From: a virus
Taxonomy: Duplodnaviria; Caudoviricetes
DNA length: 36,670 bases
Virus record (IMG/VR): IMGVR_UViG_3300035018_000010
Span: 1-36,670 of that record
Direction: 5' to 3' (one strand)
Shown here: positions 8,373 to 16,555 of the stretch, in pieces
Layout: the number at the start of each line of letters is the position of its first letter
Position numbering within the stretch: position 1 is the first letter of the stretch
Made by a program: the position numbers and the translations under genes
The notes under the pieces: generated by a model
Databases searched by the model: none
What the model was told of the DNA's origin: nothing
Seen by the model: only the letters and a program-made list of their open reading frames with translations

Positions 8373-8690
8373 TCAGCCGCTCATGGGAGCGGCCTCGGTC
8401 GCCGCAGGCGGATGCTCATCGTTGGCAGGAGGGGGCGTGTCGTCATTGGCCGGCGGTTCGTTCCATTTGCCGGTCGGCAAGATGATTTCGGGATTAGGGC
8501 AGGCGCTGGGCCGCACGGTGCGGATCACGCTCAGCTGGGCCAAAAAATAGTGGCCGCAGTCGAGATTGTCGCAGACGAGGCGCAGCTCGCGCACGATCGG
8601 CGTCACCTGGACGCTGTCGCGCACGCCGGCACGCGCGCCGCAATGCGGGCAAGCGATGCTCGGCAATTTCGTTCGTTTACTGGCAGTCAT
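8373..8690 (-). CDS. ogr: Ogr/Delta-family zinc-finger late transcription activator
   Basis: CPHCGARAGVRDS...CDNLDCGHYF...IRTVRPS matches the Ogr C-x2-C-x22-C-x4-C pattern. Confidence 0.9.
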   Translation of the reverse strand: MTASKRTKLPSIACPHCGARAGVRDSVQVTPIVRELRLVCDNLDCGHYFLAQLSVIRTVRPSACPNPEIILPTGKWNEPPANDDTPPPANDEHPPAATEAAPMSG

Positions 8691-9181
8691 TGGGTTCCCC
8701 CCACGGTTTCCCCGCCCGGCCCCGCGCCGAGAGGATGGAAAGACGAGAGACGCCGACCAACGACCGCCATCGCAGATTGGGCTTCTTCGAGTTCATGTTC
8801 GGCGCGGTGGACCTCGCGAGGCCCGGCACCGGGATGGGTGACGGCAAGCACGGCCGCGAAGGCGTCGCCGCTTTCCTTCACCGCGCTCGCCACAGCGGCG
8901 GTGAGGGCAAGCCGGTTGGCCATGCGTTCACCGATGCCGCGATCGAGCAGCTGGAGATAAGTTTCGGAGATGGGCGCGGTGTCGCCGCCCGCCTCGATAA
9001 ACGCGAGGTCGAGAGCGACGCCCTGGGCGACCGTGGGATGCGCGTTCGATTTCGGGTGCGACCATTTGCGCACGAGCCGCTCGCTGCGCCCGACGATCTC
9101 CGCCATGCGCGGATAATCGATCTTGCCGGCGATCGTGCTGATCGCCTTGGAAAAGGTGAGGGGTTCGCGGGCGAGGGTCAT
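8687..9181 (-). CDS. CII-like phage regulatory protein
   Basis: HTH-like MAEIVGRSERLVRKWS..P, helical C-terminus 'AVKESGDAFAA'; position between cro and ogr; ATGA start at 9181. Confidence 0.6.
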   Translation of the reverse strand: MTLAREPLTFSKAISTIAGKIDYPRMAEIVGRSERLVRKWSHPKSNAHPTVAQGVALDLAFIEAGGDTAPISETYLQLLDRGIGERMANRLALTAAVASAVKESGDAFAAVLAVTHPGAGPREVHRAEHELEEAQSAMAVVGRRLSSFHPLGAGPGGETVGGTQ

Positions 9182-9636
9182 CGTTTCATCGCCTGCGCAC
9201 AGTCGCGGCAACGGCGACGCTTCACATACTTCGCGTCTAGCGCCCGCTCGCCCCGAACCTCGAAGCGATGCCCGCACTCAAGAATGTTGTGCGCGTGAAG
9301 GTGGCGATTGCTCCCTTTCGTTGATCGACCGGAGACCTTGGTGGTGTCTACGACCCTCCGCCACGGTTCCGGGGGATAAGCCGAGCTGAGGAATGGGGAG
9401 GGCGCAGGCGGATCCGCCGGATCGATCACGATGTCGGCGCTCCGCGCAGCATCGAGCACCCGCTCTAGTTGATCTACCATCGCCGCCTGAACTGCGTCGC
9501 CGGTTTCGTGCGCAGTTTCCGGCCGGAAGGAGCGCGGGGAAACCCACAGGATCGTCCCGTCGTCGCTGAATTGGACTTCGCGGACGTCATGTGCGCCGTT
9601 CGCGTGCCGAACGATCCGATATACCGGGGCGGTCAT
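9178..9636 (-). CDS. Hypothetical two-domain protein with C-terminal LECGH..CxxC zinc ribbon
   Basis: ATGA overlaps at both ends; Pro-rich linker between two domains. Confidence 0.65.
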   Translation of the reverse strand: MTAPVYRIVRHANGAHDVREVQFSDDGTILWVSPRSFRPETAHETGDAVQAAMVDQLERVLDAARSADIVIDPADPPAPSPFLSSAYPPEPWRRVVDTTKVSGRSTKGSNRHLHAHNILECGHRFEVRGERALDAKYVKRRRCRDCAQAMKR

Positions 9637-9953
9637 TGCCGAGACCCCTCATGGTGCAAAATGGCGCTCCGATCGCACGCGACGATCGGAGCGCCGGAAG
9701 GTACGACGCCGTTGTGCGGGTGGCAGGGGGCCGGGGCGTCGTGAGGGTAAAGGTCAGGGCGCAGGCGATGGCGAGATACGCCGAACGCTGCCTCGGTTCG
9801 AAGAACGAACTTCGGGGAGAGAGGGAGACGGTGTTTCAAGAGGTAGGAGATCATTTGCTGCGAGCAGCCGACCTCCTTGGCGAACGCGGTCTGCGTCTTC
9901 GCATTGGCGAGCGCTTCTTCAAACGCTTCGAACATGGTCTCTTCGCCGTCCAT
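9633..9953 (-). CDS. cro: Cro/YdaS-like HTH regulator
   Basis: TQTAFAKEVGCSQQMISYLL HTH, GVSRHRLRPDLY motif; divergent from repressor. Confidence 0.85.
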   Translation of the reverse strand: MDGEETMFEAFEEALANAKTQTAFAKEVGCSQQMISYLLKHRLPLSPKFVLRTEAAFGVSRHRLRPDLYPHDAPAPCHPHNGVVPSGAPIVACDRSAILHHEGSRQ

Positions 9954-9959
9954 ACAAGC

Positions 9960-9988
9960 GAATTACTCAAGTCTGGTATTTCTCACAA
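9960..9988 (-). promoter_or_regulatory. Putative early lytic sigma70 promoter
   Basis: Minus strand TTGTGA-N17-TAATTC, then 6 nt to cro ATG (9953). Confidence 0.55.
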
Positions 9989-10025
9989 GAGTTTTTGTGG
10001 CGGCTCGCTACAAAAAGTTTTGTAG
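9984..10025. promoter_or_regulatory. Two repressor/Cro operators ACAA-N6-TTGT
   Basis: CACAAGAGTTTTTGTG (9984-9999) and CTACAAAAAGTTTTGTAG (10008-10025) in the cI-cro intergenic gap. Confidence 0.75.
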
Positions 10026-10034
10026 GCACTCGGC

Positions 10035-10544
10035 ATGGGAGTCGCCGACAGCGCAAAGTGGGTGAAGGAACAGCGGTTGCGCCTTGGGTGGTCAGCGGCC
10101 GAGCTGGCCGACCGCGCGCGGAAGCATGCTACCGCAGCAGGTTTCGACGCTGCGCTTAAGCAACAATCCATTTCCGCTTTTGAGAACGGGACGGCAAAGC
10201 GACTGCCTCATTGGCTTCAGTTCGTTGAGGCCGCTTTTCATGAGGCTGGTCAGATACCTAGGCTGACGCTGGACGCGCCGGTCCAATTCGTGACGATGCA
10301 GGTCGCGCTTCCTAGTGAAGCTGCGCTCGCGCGGATGTTCGAAGGGCTGTTGCGACCGGTCGATCATCAAAATTTGGGCGCGGCCGAACTCGCTCAAATT
10401 CTCGCTCGGCGGCTGCCAACCGGTCTTGCGCAGCTTCGAGATCTGCTGCCCGTACCTTTGACGGGCGCATTGCCCGAACGCGATGCAGATCCTCAAGCTC
10501 CCGCCACAGATCGTCCCGCGTCGCGGCCAGCACCGAACACATGA
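10035..10544 (+). CDS. cI: Prophage repressor (XRE HTH), no S24 peptidase domain
   Basis: VKEQRLRLGWSAAELA..LKQQSISAFENG..P HTH; divergent from cro; C-terminus has no recognisable Ser/Lys autoprotease motifs. Confidence 0.8.
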   Translation: MGVADSAKWVKEQRLRLGWSAAELADRARKHATAAGFDAALKQQSISAFENGTAKRLPHWLQFVEAAFHEAGQIPRLTLDAPVQFVTMQVALPSEAALARMFEGLLRPVDHQNLGAAELAQILARRLPTGLAQLRDLLPVPLTGALPERDADPQAPATDRPASRPAPNT

Positions 10545-10605
10545 CATCGCAGCGCGCACATGCCTGTTCGCAGCCGGGGGTCAGGCGGAAAATGGGTCTG
10601 CTCAT
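10312..10605 (-). CDS. Cys-rich helical protein (97 aa) antisense to cI; candidate SOS-induced antirepressor
   Basis: MSRPIFRLTPGCEQACARCDVMC..., ATG 21 nt downstream of a SOS box; function inferred. Confidence 0.5.
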   Translation of the reverse strand: MSRPIFRLTPGCEQACARCDVMCSVLAATRDDLWRELEDLHRVRAMRPSKVRAADLEAAQDRLAAAEREFERVRPRPNFDDRPVATALRTSARAQLH

Positions 10606-10626
10606 CGGGTTGCCGCTCGATTCGTT

Positions 10627-10641
10627 GTTCTCTTTGTGTTC
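10627..10641. promoter_or_regulatory. Alphaproteobacterial LexA (SOS) box
   Basis: GTTC-TCTTTGT-GTTC = exact GTTC-N7-GTTC with AT-rich spacer, in a short intergenic gap. Confidence 0.75.
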
Positions 10642-10693
10642 TGCTGACACGTCGAGCGGCTTGTAGGAAATAGCTAAATGCAAGAGGTGCGCT

Positions 10694-11506
10694 GTGGATA
10701 ACGGTGGCAGGTCGAGGGTACTGACGGTCGCGGCTTGGATATGGGTCGGAATCGCGGCGATCTTTGCGATCGGCTGCGCAAGCGATGGTTTGTGGCTCGG
10801 GGTGTTCGGTTTCACGGTCTCGGCCGTGCTGGCCGCGCCACCCGTCGCGGCGCGCACCGCCGATCGTTTCCCGGCGATCTGGCGCAGGAGCATATCAACT
10901 ATTGCGGCGCTCGCCGCATTCGTCGTTCTCGGAGACAGTGTGCCGACGTCCGCGACGCCGGAAGGAAAAGCGAGTCAGGCTGCCTCCAAGAGTGCTCCTC
11001 AACCAAAGCCGAGCGAAGCTGCTGCGTCGAAGGCGGAAACTTCTCCGCAGCAGGACCGAGTGATCACCTTCATCCGACATGTTGTTATGCAGAATGTCGT
11101 ATGCGCCAGCGCAATGGACGACACGCAGCGTCAAATCGACCGAATGGCAGCTGAGCGCGCGCGACCGATCGATGCTTACCAGGAGGCCAAACGCGGTATC
11201 AAAACCTGTAGCGACGCATTGTCGGAATATGCGCGGTCGGACGTGTTCGATGGGGTGCCGAAAGGGGATTTGAACATCGCTAAAGGCGCGGTGGCGTCAT
11301 GCGAGAAAGCGGCCAGGAGCAGAAAATCCGCGCTGGAAACCGCGCAAAAGGTTCTCGATGGGGAGGATCGGCTCGCAGTCGTGTCGAACTACCTAGAGTT
11401 TCGTGACAGCGCGAAGACCCATGATGCTGCTTGTCGTATGTCGCTTTTGGACGTCGCCAAGAGGTCGAGCATTCGGGACAGCGATGTAGAATTCGCTCGC
11501 CCTTGA
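10694..11506 (+). CDS. Membrane-anchored accessory (moron) protein
   Basis: GAGGTG RBS; about 3 N-terminal TM segments, Ser/Ala/Pro/Lys linker, helical domain with 4 Cys; less GC-biased than tail genes; convergent on D. Confidence 0.75.
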   Translation: MDNGGRSRVLTVAAWIWVGIAAIFAIGCASDGLWLGVFGFTVSAVLAAPPVAARTADRFPAIWRRSISTIAALAAFVVLGDSVPTSATPEGKASQAASKSAPQPKPSEAAASKAETSPQQDRVITFIRHVVMQNVVCASAMDDTQRQIDRMAAERARPIDAYQEAKRGIKTCSDALSEYARSDVFDGVPKGDLNIAKGAVASCEKAARSRKSALETAQKVLDGEDRLAVVSNYLEFRDSAKTHDAACRMSLLDVAKRSSIRDSDVEFARP

Positions 11507-11520
11507 AGGTCTGAACGGAT

Positions 11521-12558
11521 CTACGCCCGCTCCAGCTTCAGCGCGGTCGCGAATCCCCGATCGCCGAGGCTGTGCGCGACCTCGCTGATCAGCCAAGCGG
11601 TGCCATCGATCTCACCCTTGAAGCCCTGCACCGTCACCTTCTGCTCAGGTGCCAGATCCGCGCGACCGAGGGCGAGGGTATAGTCGAACGTCGCCGGCGC
11701 GCGCTTGGCGCGCTTCCGCGCGGCCTGGGCGGCGGCGCGGGCGTCGGCCTCGGTGGCGTAGGTGCGCGACAGTTTGCGGGCACCCTTTTCCTCGCCGACC
11801 GTGACATCCTTCTTCCTCCCCGCCTTGCGATCGTGCCATGAAGCGGTGACGCCGCCTGCATCCTCGCGCTTGGCGAGGCGGTAGCTGTGGCGGTCGCCGT
11901 CACGTTTGCGGAGGGTGACGGCGGGCAGGGGCTTTCCAGTAGCGGTCTGGCCCGATCCGACCGGCGCGAAGATCAGCGACCCGCCCTTGATCGTCGCGAC
12001 CGCATCATGTTCGCGCCCCAGACGGCGCAGGAGGGCCATGTCGCTTTCGCGGCTCTGCACTACGGTCTTGAGCTGGATCGACGCCAGAGCGGGCGCACAG
12101 CGCGCCTGCAGGGCATTACGACCAGCGACCTCGCCAACGATCGCGCCGAGGGTAGTGTCGTGCCAGCTTTGCTCGCGGCGCTTCTTGAGGTCGCTGGTGA
12201 AGTCGGCCGAGCGGGCGGTGATGCGCACCTGGTCGGGCGGGCCGCTATGTTCGACCTCGTCCACCTTGAAGCTGCCCTTGTCGATCAGGCCGGGCACGAC
12301 GTCGCGGCCGCGCAGCCAGCCGAGCTGAAGGCGCAGCACCGCGCCGGGCTTTGGCATTTCGAGCAGGCCGTCGCTGTCGTCGAGGGTCAGTTCGAGCTGG
12401 TCCGCCTCGTCCCCGCGCTTTTCGGTCAAGGTCAGCGAGAGCAGGCGCGGGCGAACCTTGGCGGTGATGTCGAGCAACTCCGCCGCCGCGTCGAAGATCG
12501 CGCCGCGCAGATCCTGTCCCGCCATCGTCAGGCGGAAGTCGGGGATGTTGGCGCTCAT
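11521..12558 (-). CDS. D: Late control / baseplate hub protein D
   Basis: RLLSLTLTEKRGDEADQLELTLDDSDG, KGSFKVDEVEHSGPPD, QSRESD. Confidence 0.93.
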   Translation of the reverse strand: MSANIPDFRLTMAGQDLRGAIFDAAAELLDITAKVRPRLLSLTLTEKRGDEADQLELTLDDSDGLLEMPKPGAVLRLQLGWLRGRDVVPGLIDKGSFKVDEVEHSGPPDQVRITARSADFTSDLKKRREQSWHDTTLGAIVGEVAGRNALQARCAPALASIQLKTVVQSRESDMALLRRLGREHDAVATIKGGSLIFAPVGSGQTATGKPLPAVTLRKRDGDRHSYRLAKREDAGGVTASWHDRKAGRKKDVTVGEEKGARKLSRTYATEADARAAAQAARKRAKRAPATFDYTLALGRADLAPEQKVTVQGFKGEIDGTAWLISEVAHSLGDRGFATALKLERA

Positions 12559-12941
12559 GGCCCCTCATCGATGCGGAGCAGGTCGATCGCGAAGTCGATC
12601 CGGCGCGGGGTGCCATCGTCGAGCAGATATTTCTGGCGCTCATCAATCGCGGTGATGACGAACTCCCCGAACACGCGGCCTGCGCCATCGACCAGCGGCC
12701 AAGCCTCGCCGGTGGCGGCCATGCCGCGCAGCTCGTCGAGCGATAGCGCACCCTGCGACAGCTCCGAGAAAGCGGTGCCCGAGACCGACACCGTGTCTTC
12801 GCCGGGGCCGATGAACTGGAGCGCGTCGCGCGTGCCGATGCGGGCCGAGCGGGCGTGCCGCCAGTCGCAGCGGCGCTGGAGATCGTCATGGGCGAGGGTG
12901 GGAACGTGGAAGGCGAACATGCCTAGCGACATCAGGATCAT
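12555..12941 (-). CDS. U: Tail protein U
   Basis: LMSLGMFAF, QFIGPGEDT, LDELRGMA.TGEAWPLVDG.G, DGTPRRIDF. Confidence 0.92.
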   Translation of the reverse strand: MILMSLGMFAFHVPTLAHDDLQRRCDWRHARSARIGTRDALQFIGPGEDTVSVSGTAFSELSQGALSLDELRGMAATGEAWPLVDGAGRVFGEFVITAIDERQKYLLDDGTPRRIDFAIDLLRIDEGP

Positions 12942-12943
12942 GA

Positions 12944-15511
12944 TCAATCCTCCCAATCGGGCGCGTCGGCGAACGACCCGCCGCCGCCGGGCTTGCGGCG
13001 GTGATCCTCAAGCTGGCGACGGACTTCCTCGGCGATCTCTTTCGCGGACTGGCCCGGCGCGGGATAGATATTGATCTCGATCTTCTCGCCGCTCGCGCGT
13101 CCGACCCCTGCACCGCTGCCCGACGCGCCCGAGTTCGCAGCCGTCGTCCGCGCGCTTGCTCCCGCCGCGCCGGCGGGGACCGGGGTGGCGGCGATGGCGG
13201 GTGCAGCGATGCCGACCGCCATCGCCGCGCCGATGTCTTTTGATAGCCGATCGAGGCGGCGGATTGGCAGCTGGGATTCGGAGGCGATGCCGCGATCGAG
13301 CCCCTCCATCATGTAGCCGCCGAACCCCATGAAGACGCGGGACGGGGACTGGATGCCGAGCTTTTGCTTGAACCATTTCGCGGCGGACGATGCCGCGTTG
13401 ACGATCGTCGATTTGAGCGCGCCGAGCATGTTCATGACGCCGCGGATCAGCCCCTGAATGAGGTTGCGCCCCGCCTCCATCATCTGCCCCGGCAAGGGGC
13501 CGCGCAGGAAGGCGAGCACCGCCGAGAAGATGCGAATGAAATGCCCAACCGGGCTGAAGTTCATGATGAACCCGCCGATTGCGGTGAGGCCGGTGCTCAC
13601 GGCGGACTTGATGCTCGTCCAGAGGTTGGTGAAGAACGCGGTGATCGCGCCCCATTTTGCGTAGATCAGGTATGCGCCGCCAGCGATCAGAGCGATGGCG
13701 GCGACGACGGCCAGCACAATACCGATCAGAGGCAGCATGCCGATGTTGAGGAATGCGGCGGCCGCACCCAGCGCATAGAATGGCGCGACCAGGCCAGCGA
13801 CAACGATCGCGCCGCCGCCGAGCAATACGAAAAGCCCGGAAAGGACGGCGGTGGTGAACATAAGCGCTTTGGCCAAAGTGGGGTGGGCCTTCGCCCACCC
13901 CCGGAACCGGGTTGCTATGCCCTGGACCCACTGCGCGCCTGATTTGATCGTCGGCAACAGCGCCTGCCCCAGCGCCAGATTGACCGCCTGAAGCCCGTTC
14001 GCAGCGAGATCCGTCGCGCCCTTGGTCGTGTTGATGCGGGACAAGAACTCATTGGTCATCGACCCGGCGAACTGGCTCTTGTCGCCGACCAGCCCAAGCC
14101 GCTGCTGAAGGCCGTCAAGGTTGGTTAGCAGCGGCGCGATTGCAGCGATCGATTCGGACCCAAATAGCTGATCGAGCATACTCGCCTGCTTATCGGGGCT
14201 GAGGTTCTTCAGACGCTGGAAGACGTCCAGAATCGTGCCGTTCGCATCGATCTGCATGCGCTTCGAGACATCCGTCGCGGACAGACCGAGCGTCTTGTAA
14301 GCCGCCACCTGACTCTTCGTCGCCGCACTTCCCTTTGTCAGCGCCAGCATCGTGTTCTTGATTCCGGTCGCTGCGATCTCGCTCGGAACGCCGATCGAAT
14401 CGAGCGTCGAACCCAAGGCGGCAATGGCAGGCGCTGCCAGCCCGGCGACCTTTCCGAGCGGACCAACGCGCGTGACAATGTCGGCAACAGAGGATGCCTT
14501 GCCGCCGAACTTGTTGGTCAGGGCGTTAATTCGATCGCCGAGCAATTCGACTTCGGCCTGCGGTAGCTGAAAGGCCTGCCGCCACTTCGCCATCGTGCCG
14601 CCTGCGTCATTGGCGGCCATGTCGAAGGCGATACCCATGCGGGCCGCTGAGTCGGTGAAGGCAACAAGATCATCGGCCTGGCTCGGTAGCGGGCGACCAA
14701 ACTTGTCCATGCCCACGCCAGCCGCGCCGGCCGCAGCAGCGATCTGCGACAGGTCGATCGCGGTCATCGGGATCTTCGTGCTGAGCGTTACCAGCTTTTC
14801 ACGCATCGCGGCGAGTTTATCGCCTGCCATGCCGGTCACTTTGGCGACGCCGGCCATCCCCTCCTCAAGGTCCATCGCGCCTTGACTGCTCGCGAGGACG
14901 GGAGCCGCGAGGGTCTGACCGGTCTGGATCGAAGAATAGCCGCCGGCGGCGAGACCGGTGGCGACATTCATACCCTTGCCGAACTTGCCTTTTGCCGCGT
15001 CGAAGCGCTGGGCACGGTCGGCGGTGGCGCGCAGGCGGCGCTCCTGTTCGGCCAGCTCTTCGTTGGTGCGGGAGATGTCACCGCGCAGGCGGCGCTCATG
15101 GCTGGACAGGTTGCCGGTCGCAACGCCCGCCGCCCCGAGCCGGTCGCGCAGCTGCTGAAGCCGGGATGACTGCTCGACGTGCTCATTCTTGAGCGCGGCG
15201 GATTCGCGTTTCGCCCTGGCGAACTCGGCGGTCAGCTTCTTGGTGGGGGTGTCGGTGGCGGCGAGCTGGCGGGCGAGCGCGGCGACCCGCGACTGCGCCT
15301 CGCCCATCTGCGCCTCGGTCGAGCGCAGACCGGCCTTCAGCTCGCGGAAGCCATTGATGTCGGCCTGTGCGCGGTCGAGGTCGCGGAGACGATCGCGGGT
15401 CGCCTTCAGCTCGCGCGCGGCCTTGGCCGAGCCGCCGGCGATATCGCGCAGCGGGCGGGTGGCGCGGTCACCCGCCTCAAGCAACATTCGGATGCGGAGA
15501 TTGCGGTCCAT
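12944..15511 (-). CDS. T: Tail tape measure protein
   Basis: N-terminal coiled coil, TP901-like core (MAGVAKV, GVPSEIAATGIKN), TM segments, KLGIQSPSRVF. Confidence 0.93.
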   Translation of the reverse strand: MDRNLRIRMLLEAGDRATRPLRDIAGGSAKAARELKATRDRLRDLDRAQADINGFRELKAGLRSTEAQMGEAQSRVAALARQLAATDTPTKKLTAEFARAKRESAALKNEHVEQSSRLQQLRDRLGAAGVATGNLSSHERRLRGDISRTNEELAEQERRLRATADRAQRFDAAKGKFGKGMNVATGLAAGGYSSIQTGQTLAAPVLASSQGAMDLEEGMAGVAKVTGMAGDKLAAMREKLVTLSTKIPMTAIDLSQIAAAAGAAGVGMDKFGRPLPSQADDLVAFTDSAARMGIAFDMAANDAGGTMAKWRQAFQLPQAEVELLGDRINALTNKFGGKASSVADIVTRVGPLGKVAGLAAPAIAALGSTLDSIGVPSEIAATGIKNTMLALTKGSAATKSQVAAYKTLGLSATDVSKRMQIDANGTILDVFQRLKNLSPDKQASMLDQLFGSESIAAIAPLLTNLDGLQQRLGLVGDKSQFAGSMTNEFLSRINTTKGATDLAANGLQAVNLALGQALLPTIKSGAQWVQGIATRFRGWAKAHPTLAKALMFTTAVLSGLFVLLGGGAIVVAGLVAPFYALGAAAAFLNIGMLPLIGIVLAVVAAIALIAGGAYLIYAKWGAITAFFTNLWTSIKSAVSTGLTAIGGFIMNFSPVGHFIRIFSAVLAFLRGPLPGQMMEAGRNLIQGLIRGVMNMLGALKSTIVNAASSAAKWFKQKLGIQSPSRVFMGFGGYMMEGLDRGIASESQLPIRRLDRLSKDIGAAMAVGIAAPAIAATPVPAGAAGASARTTAANSGASGSGAGVGRASGEKIEINIYPAPGQSAKEIAEEVRRQLEDHRRKPGGGGSFADAPDWED

Positions 15512-15519
15512 CGGGCGGC

Positions 15520-15639
15520 TCAGCTCTTGTCAGTGCGGGTGCGGCGCTCAGCCTGGGCGCGCCAGGCCATGAGTTCGACGAGGTCCATTCCGTCCATCGC
15601 GGATGGCGGCCAGTGAAACACGACCGCCAGATCCGCCAT
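15520..15639 (-). CDS. E': GpE' tail chaperone extension (-1 frameshift product)
   Basis: MADLAVVFHWPPSAMDGMDLVELMAWR in the -1 frame relative to E, open from the slippery site. Confidence 0.88.
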   Translation of the reverse strand: MADLAVVFHWPPSAMDGMDLVELMAWRAQAERRTRTDKS

Positions 15640-15647
15640 GACGTCCT

Positions 15648-15983
15648 CTACGCGGTTGGGGAGGCTGCCGGCCTCGCGGCCGTCGGCAGCAAAAAATCCA
15701 TCACCTCGCCGCCGAGCTGCATCAGATCGGCGGGATCCATCGTCGCGTTCTTGTGAATGACGGGCGAGGTGATGCGCGGAGCCAGATCGTGCAGCGCGTT
15801 GACGTCGAGCTGCGCAAGCGCCGCGAGCGTGAGGCCGCGCAACTCCGGCGAGCCGGGCTTGCGGACGGTGATGACGGTTCCTGCGCCGATGATCACCTGC
15901 TCCCCGAGCTTGACGTCGAAGTCGAGAGTAAAGCGCCGCAGCGTTGGCGCGTTGTCCGCAACGGGCGGGGTCTGTTCGGTCAT
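15648..15983 (-). CDS. E: Tail assembly chaperone E
   Basis: RKPGSPELRGLTL..LDVNAL..LAPRITSP..MDPADLMQLGGEVMDFLL. Confidence 0.9.
   Translation of the reverse strand: MTEQTPPVADNAPTLRRFTLDFDVKLGEQVIIGAGTVITVRKPGSPELRGLTLAALAQLDVNALHDLAPRITSPVIHKNATMDPADLMQLGGEVMDFLLPTAARPAASPTA
15690..15696 (-). other. Programmed -1 frameshift slippery site TTTTTTG
   Basis: GAT TTT TTG near the end of E; same T6G heptamer as P2 E/E'. Confidence 0.85.
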
Positions 15984-15998
15984 GTTGGTCGACTCCGC

Positions 15999-16514
15999 TT
16001 AGAACTGGCCGATGGCGGCGCGATGCTCCGCCATGCGATCGACGCCATCGACGAACTCGACACCGGCGAGGATGTCGATCTCGACCTCGGTGCGGCCGTT
16101 CCAGATTTCCTTGTAGTAGGCGCAGGCCGTCTTGACCTTGAACTCGCCCATCTCGCCGACCTGCTGGTCGCCGCGATCGATTTCCTCGTGACGGCCGCGC
16201 ACGACGATCTCAATCGTAGTGATCTCGCCGGTGTCGTCATTCTGGAACGAGCCGACCCAGCGGATCTGGACGCCAGTGAGCGAGGGCAGGCCGTACTGGC
16301 GGATGATCTCGCGGATCGGGCCGCCATAGCTGTGCTCGATATCGAGATCGTCGCCGCCGCCGAGGTCGATCTTGGCTTGACGATTCATGCCGCCGCCGCG
16401 CCACCCCTCGAACTTGCGATCGAGGTTGGGCAGCTTCATCGTCTTGGTCTCACCGACATAGCCGATGCCGTCGATGATGGTGGTCATGGTCTTGAGGACG
16501 CGGGGCAGGCCCAT
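15999..16514 (-). CDS. FII: Major tail tube protein
   Basis: MGLPRVLK, WRGGGM, VRGRHEEIDRGD, YYKE..G...EIDI...VDGVDRMAEHRAAIG. Confidence 0.95.
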   Translation of the reverse strand: MGLPRVLKTMTTIIDGIGYVGETKTMKLPNLDRKFEGWRGGGMNRQAKIDLGGGDDLDIEHSYGGPIREIIRQYGLPSLTGVQIRWVGSFQNDDTGEITTIEIVVRGRHEEIDRGDQQVGEMGEFKVKTACAYYKEIWNGRTEVEIDILAGVEFVDGVDRMAEHRAAIGQF

Positions 16515-16555
16515 AGCGGTTCTCCAGTAAAGGGCAGGAAACTAAAGGGCGGGCT

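Noticed and set aside
9954-9977. Possible third operator near the cro start
   Set aside because: Only half-sites (ACAA at 9954, TGGT at 9974); too degenerate to call
10660-10684. CTTGTAG...TGCAAG as a fourth late-promoter dyad
   Set aside because: Only one good half-site and spacing is 2 nt longer than the three clear copies
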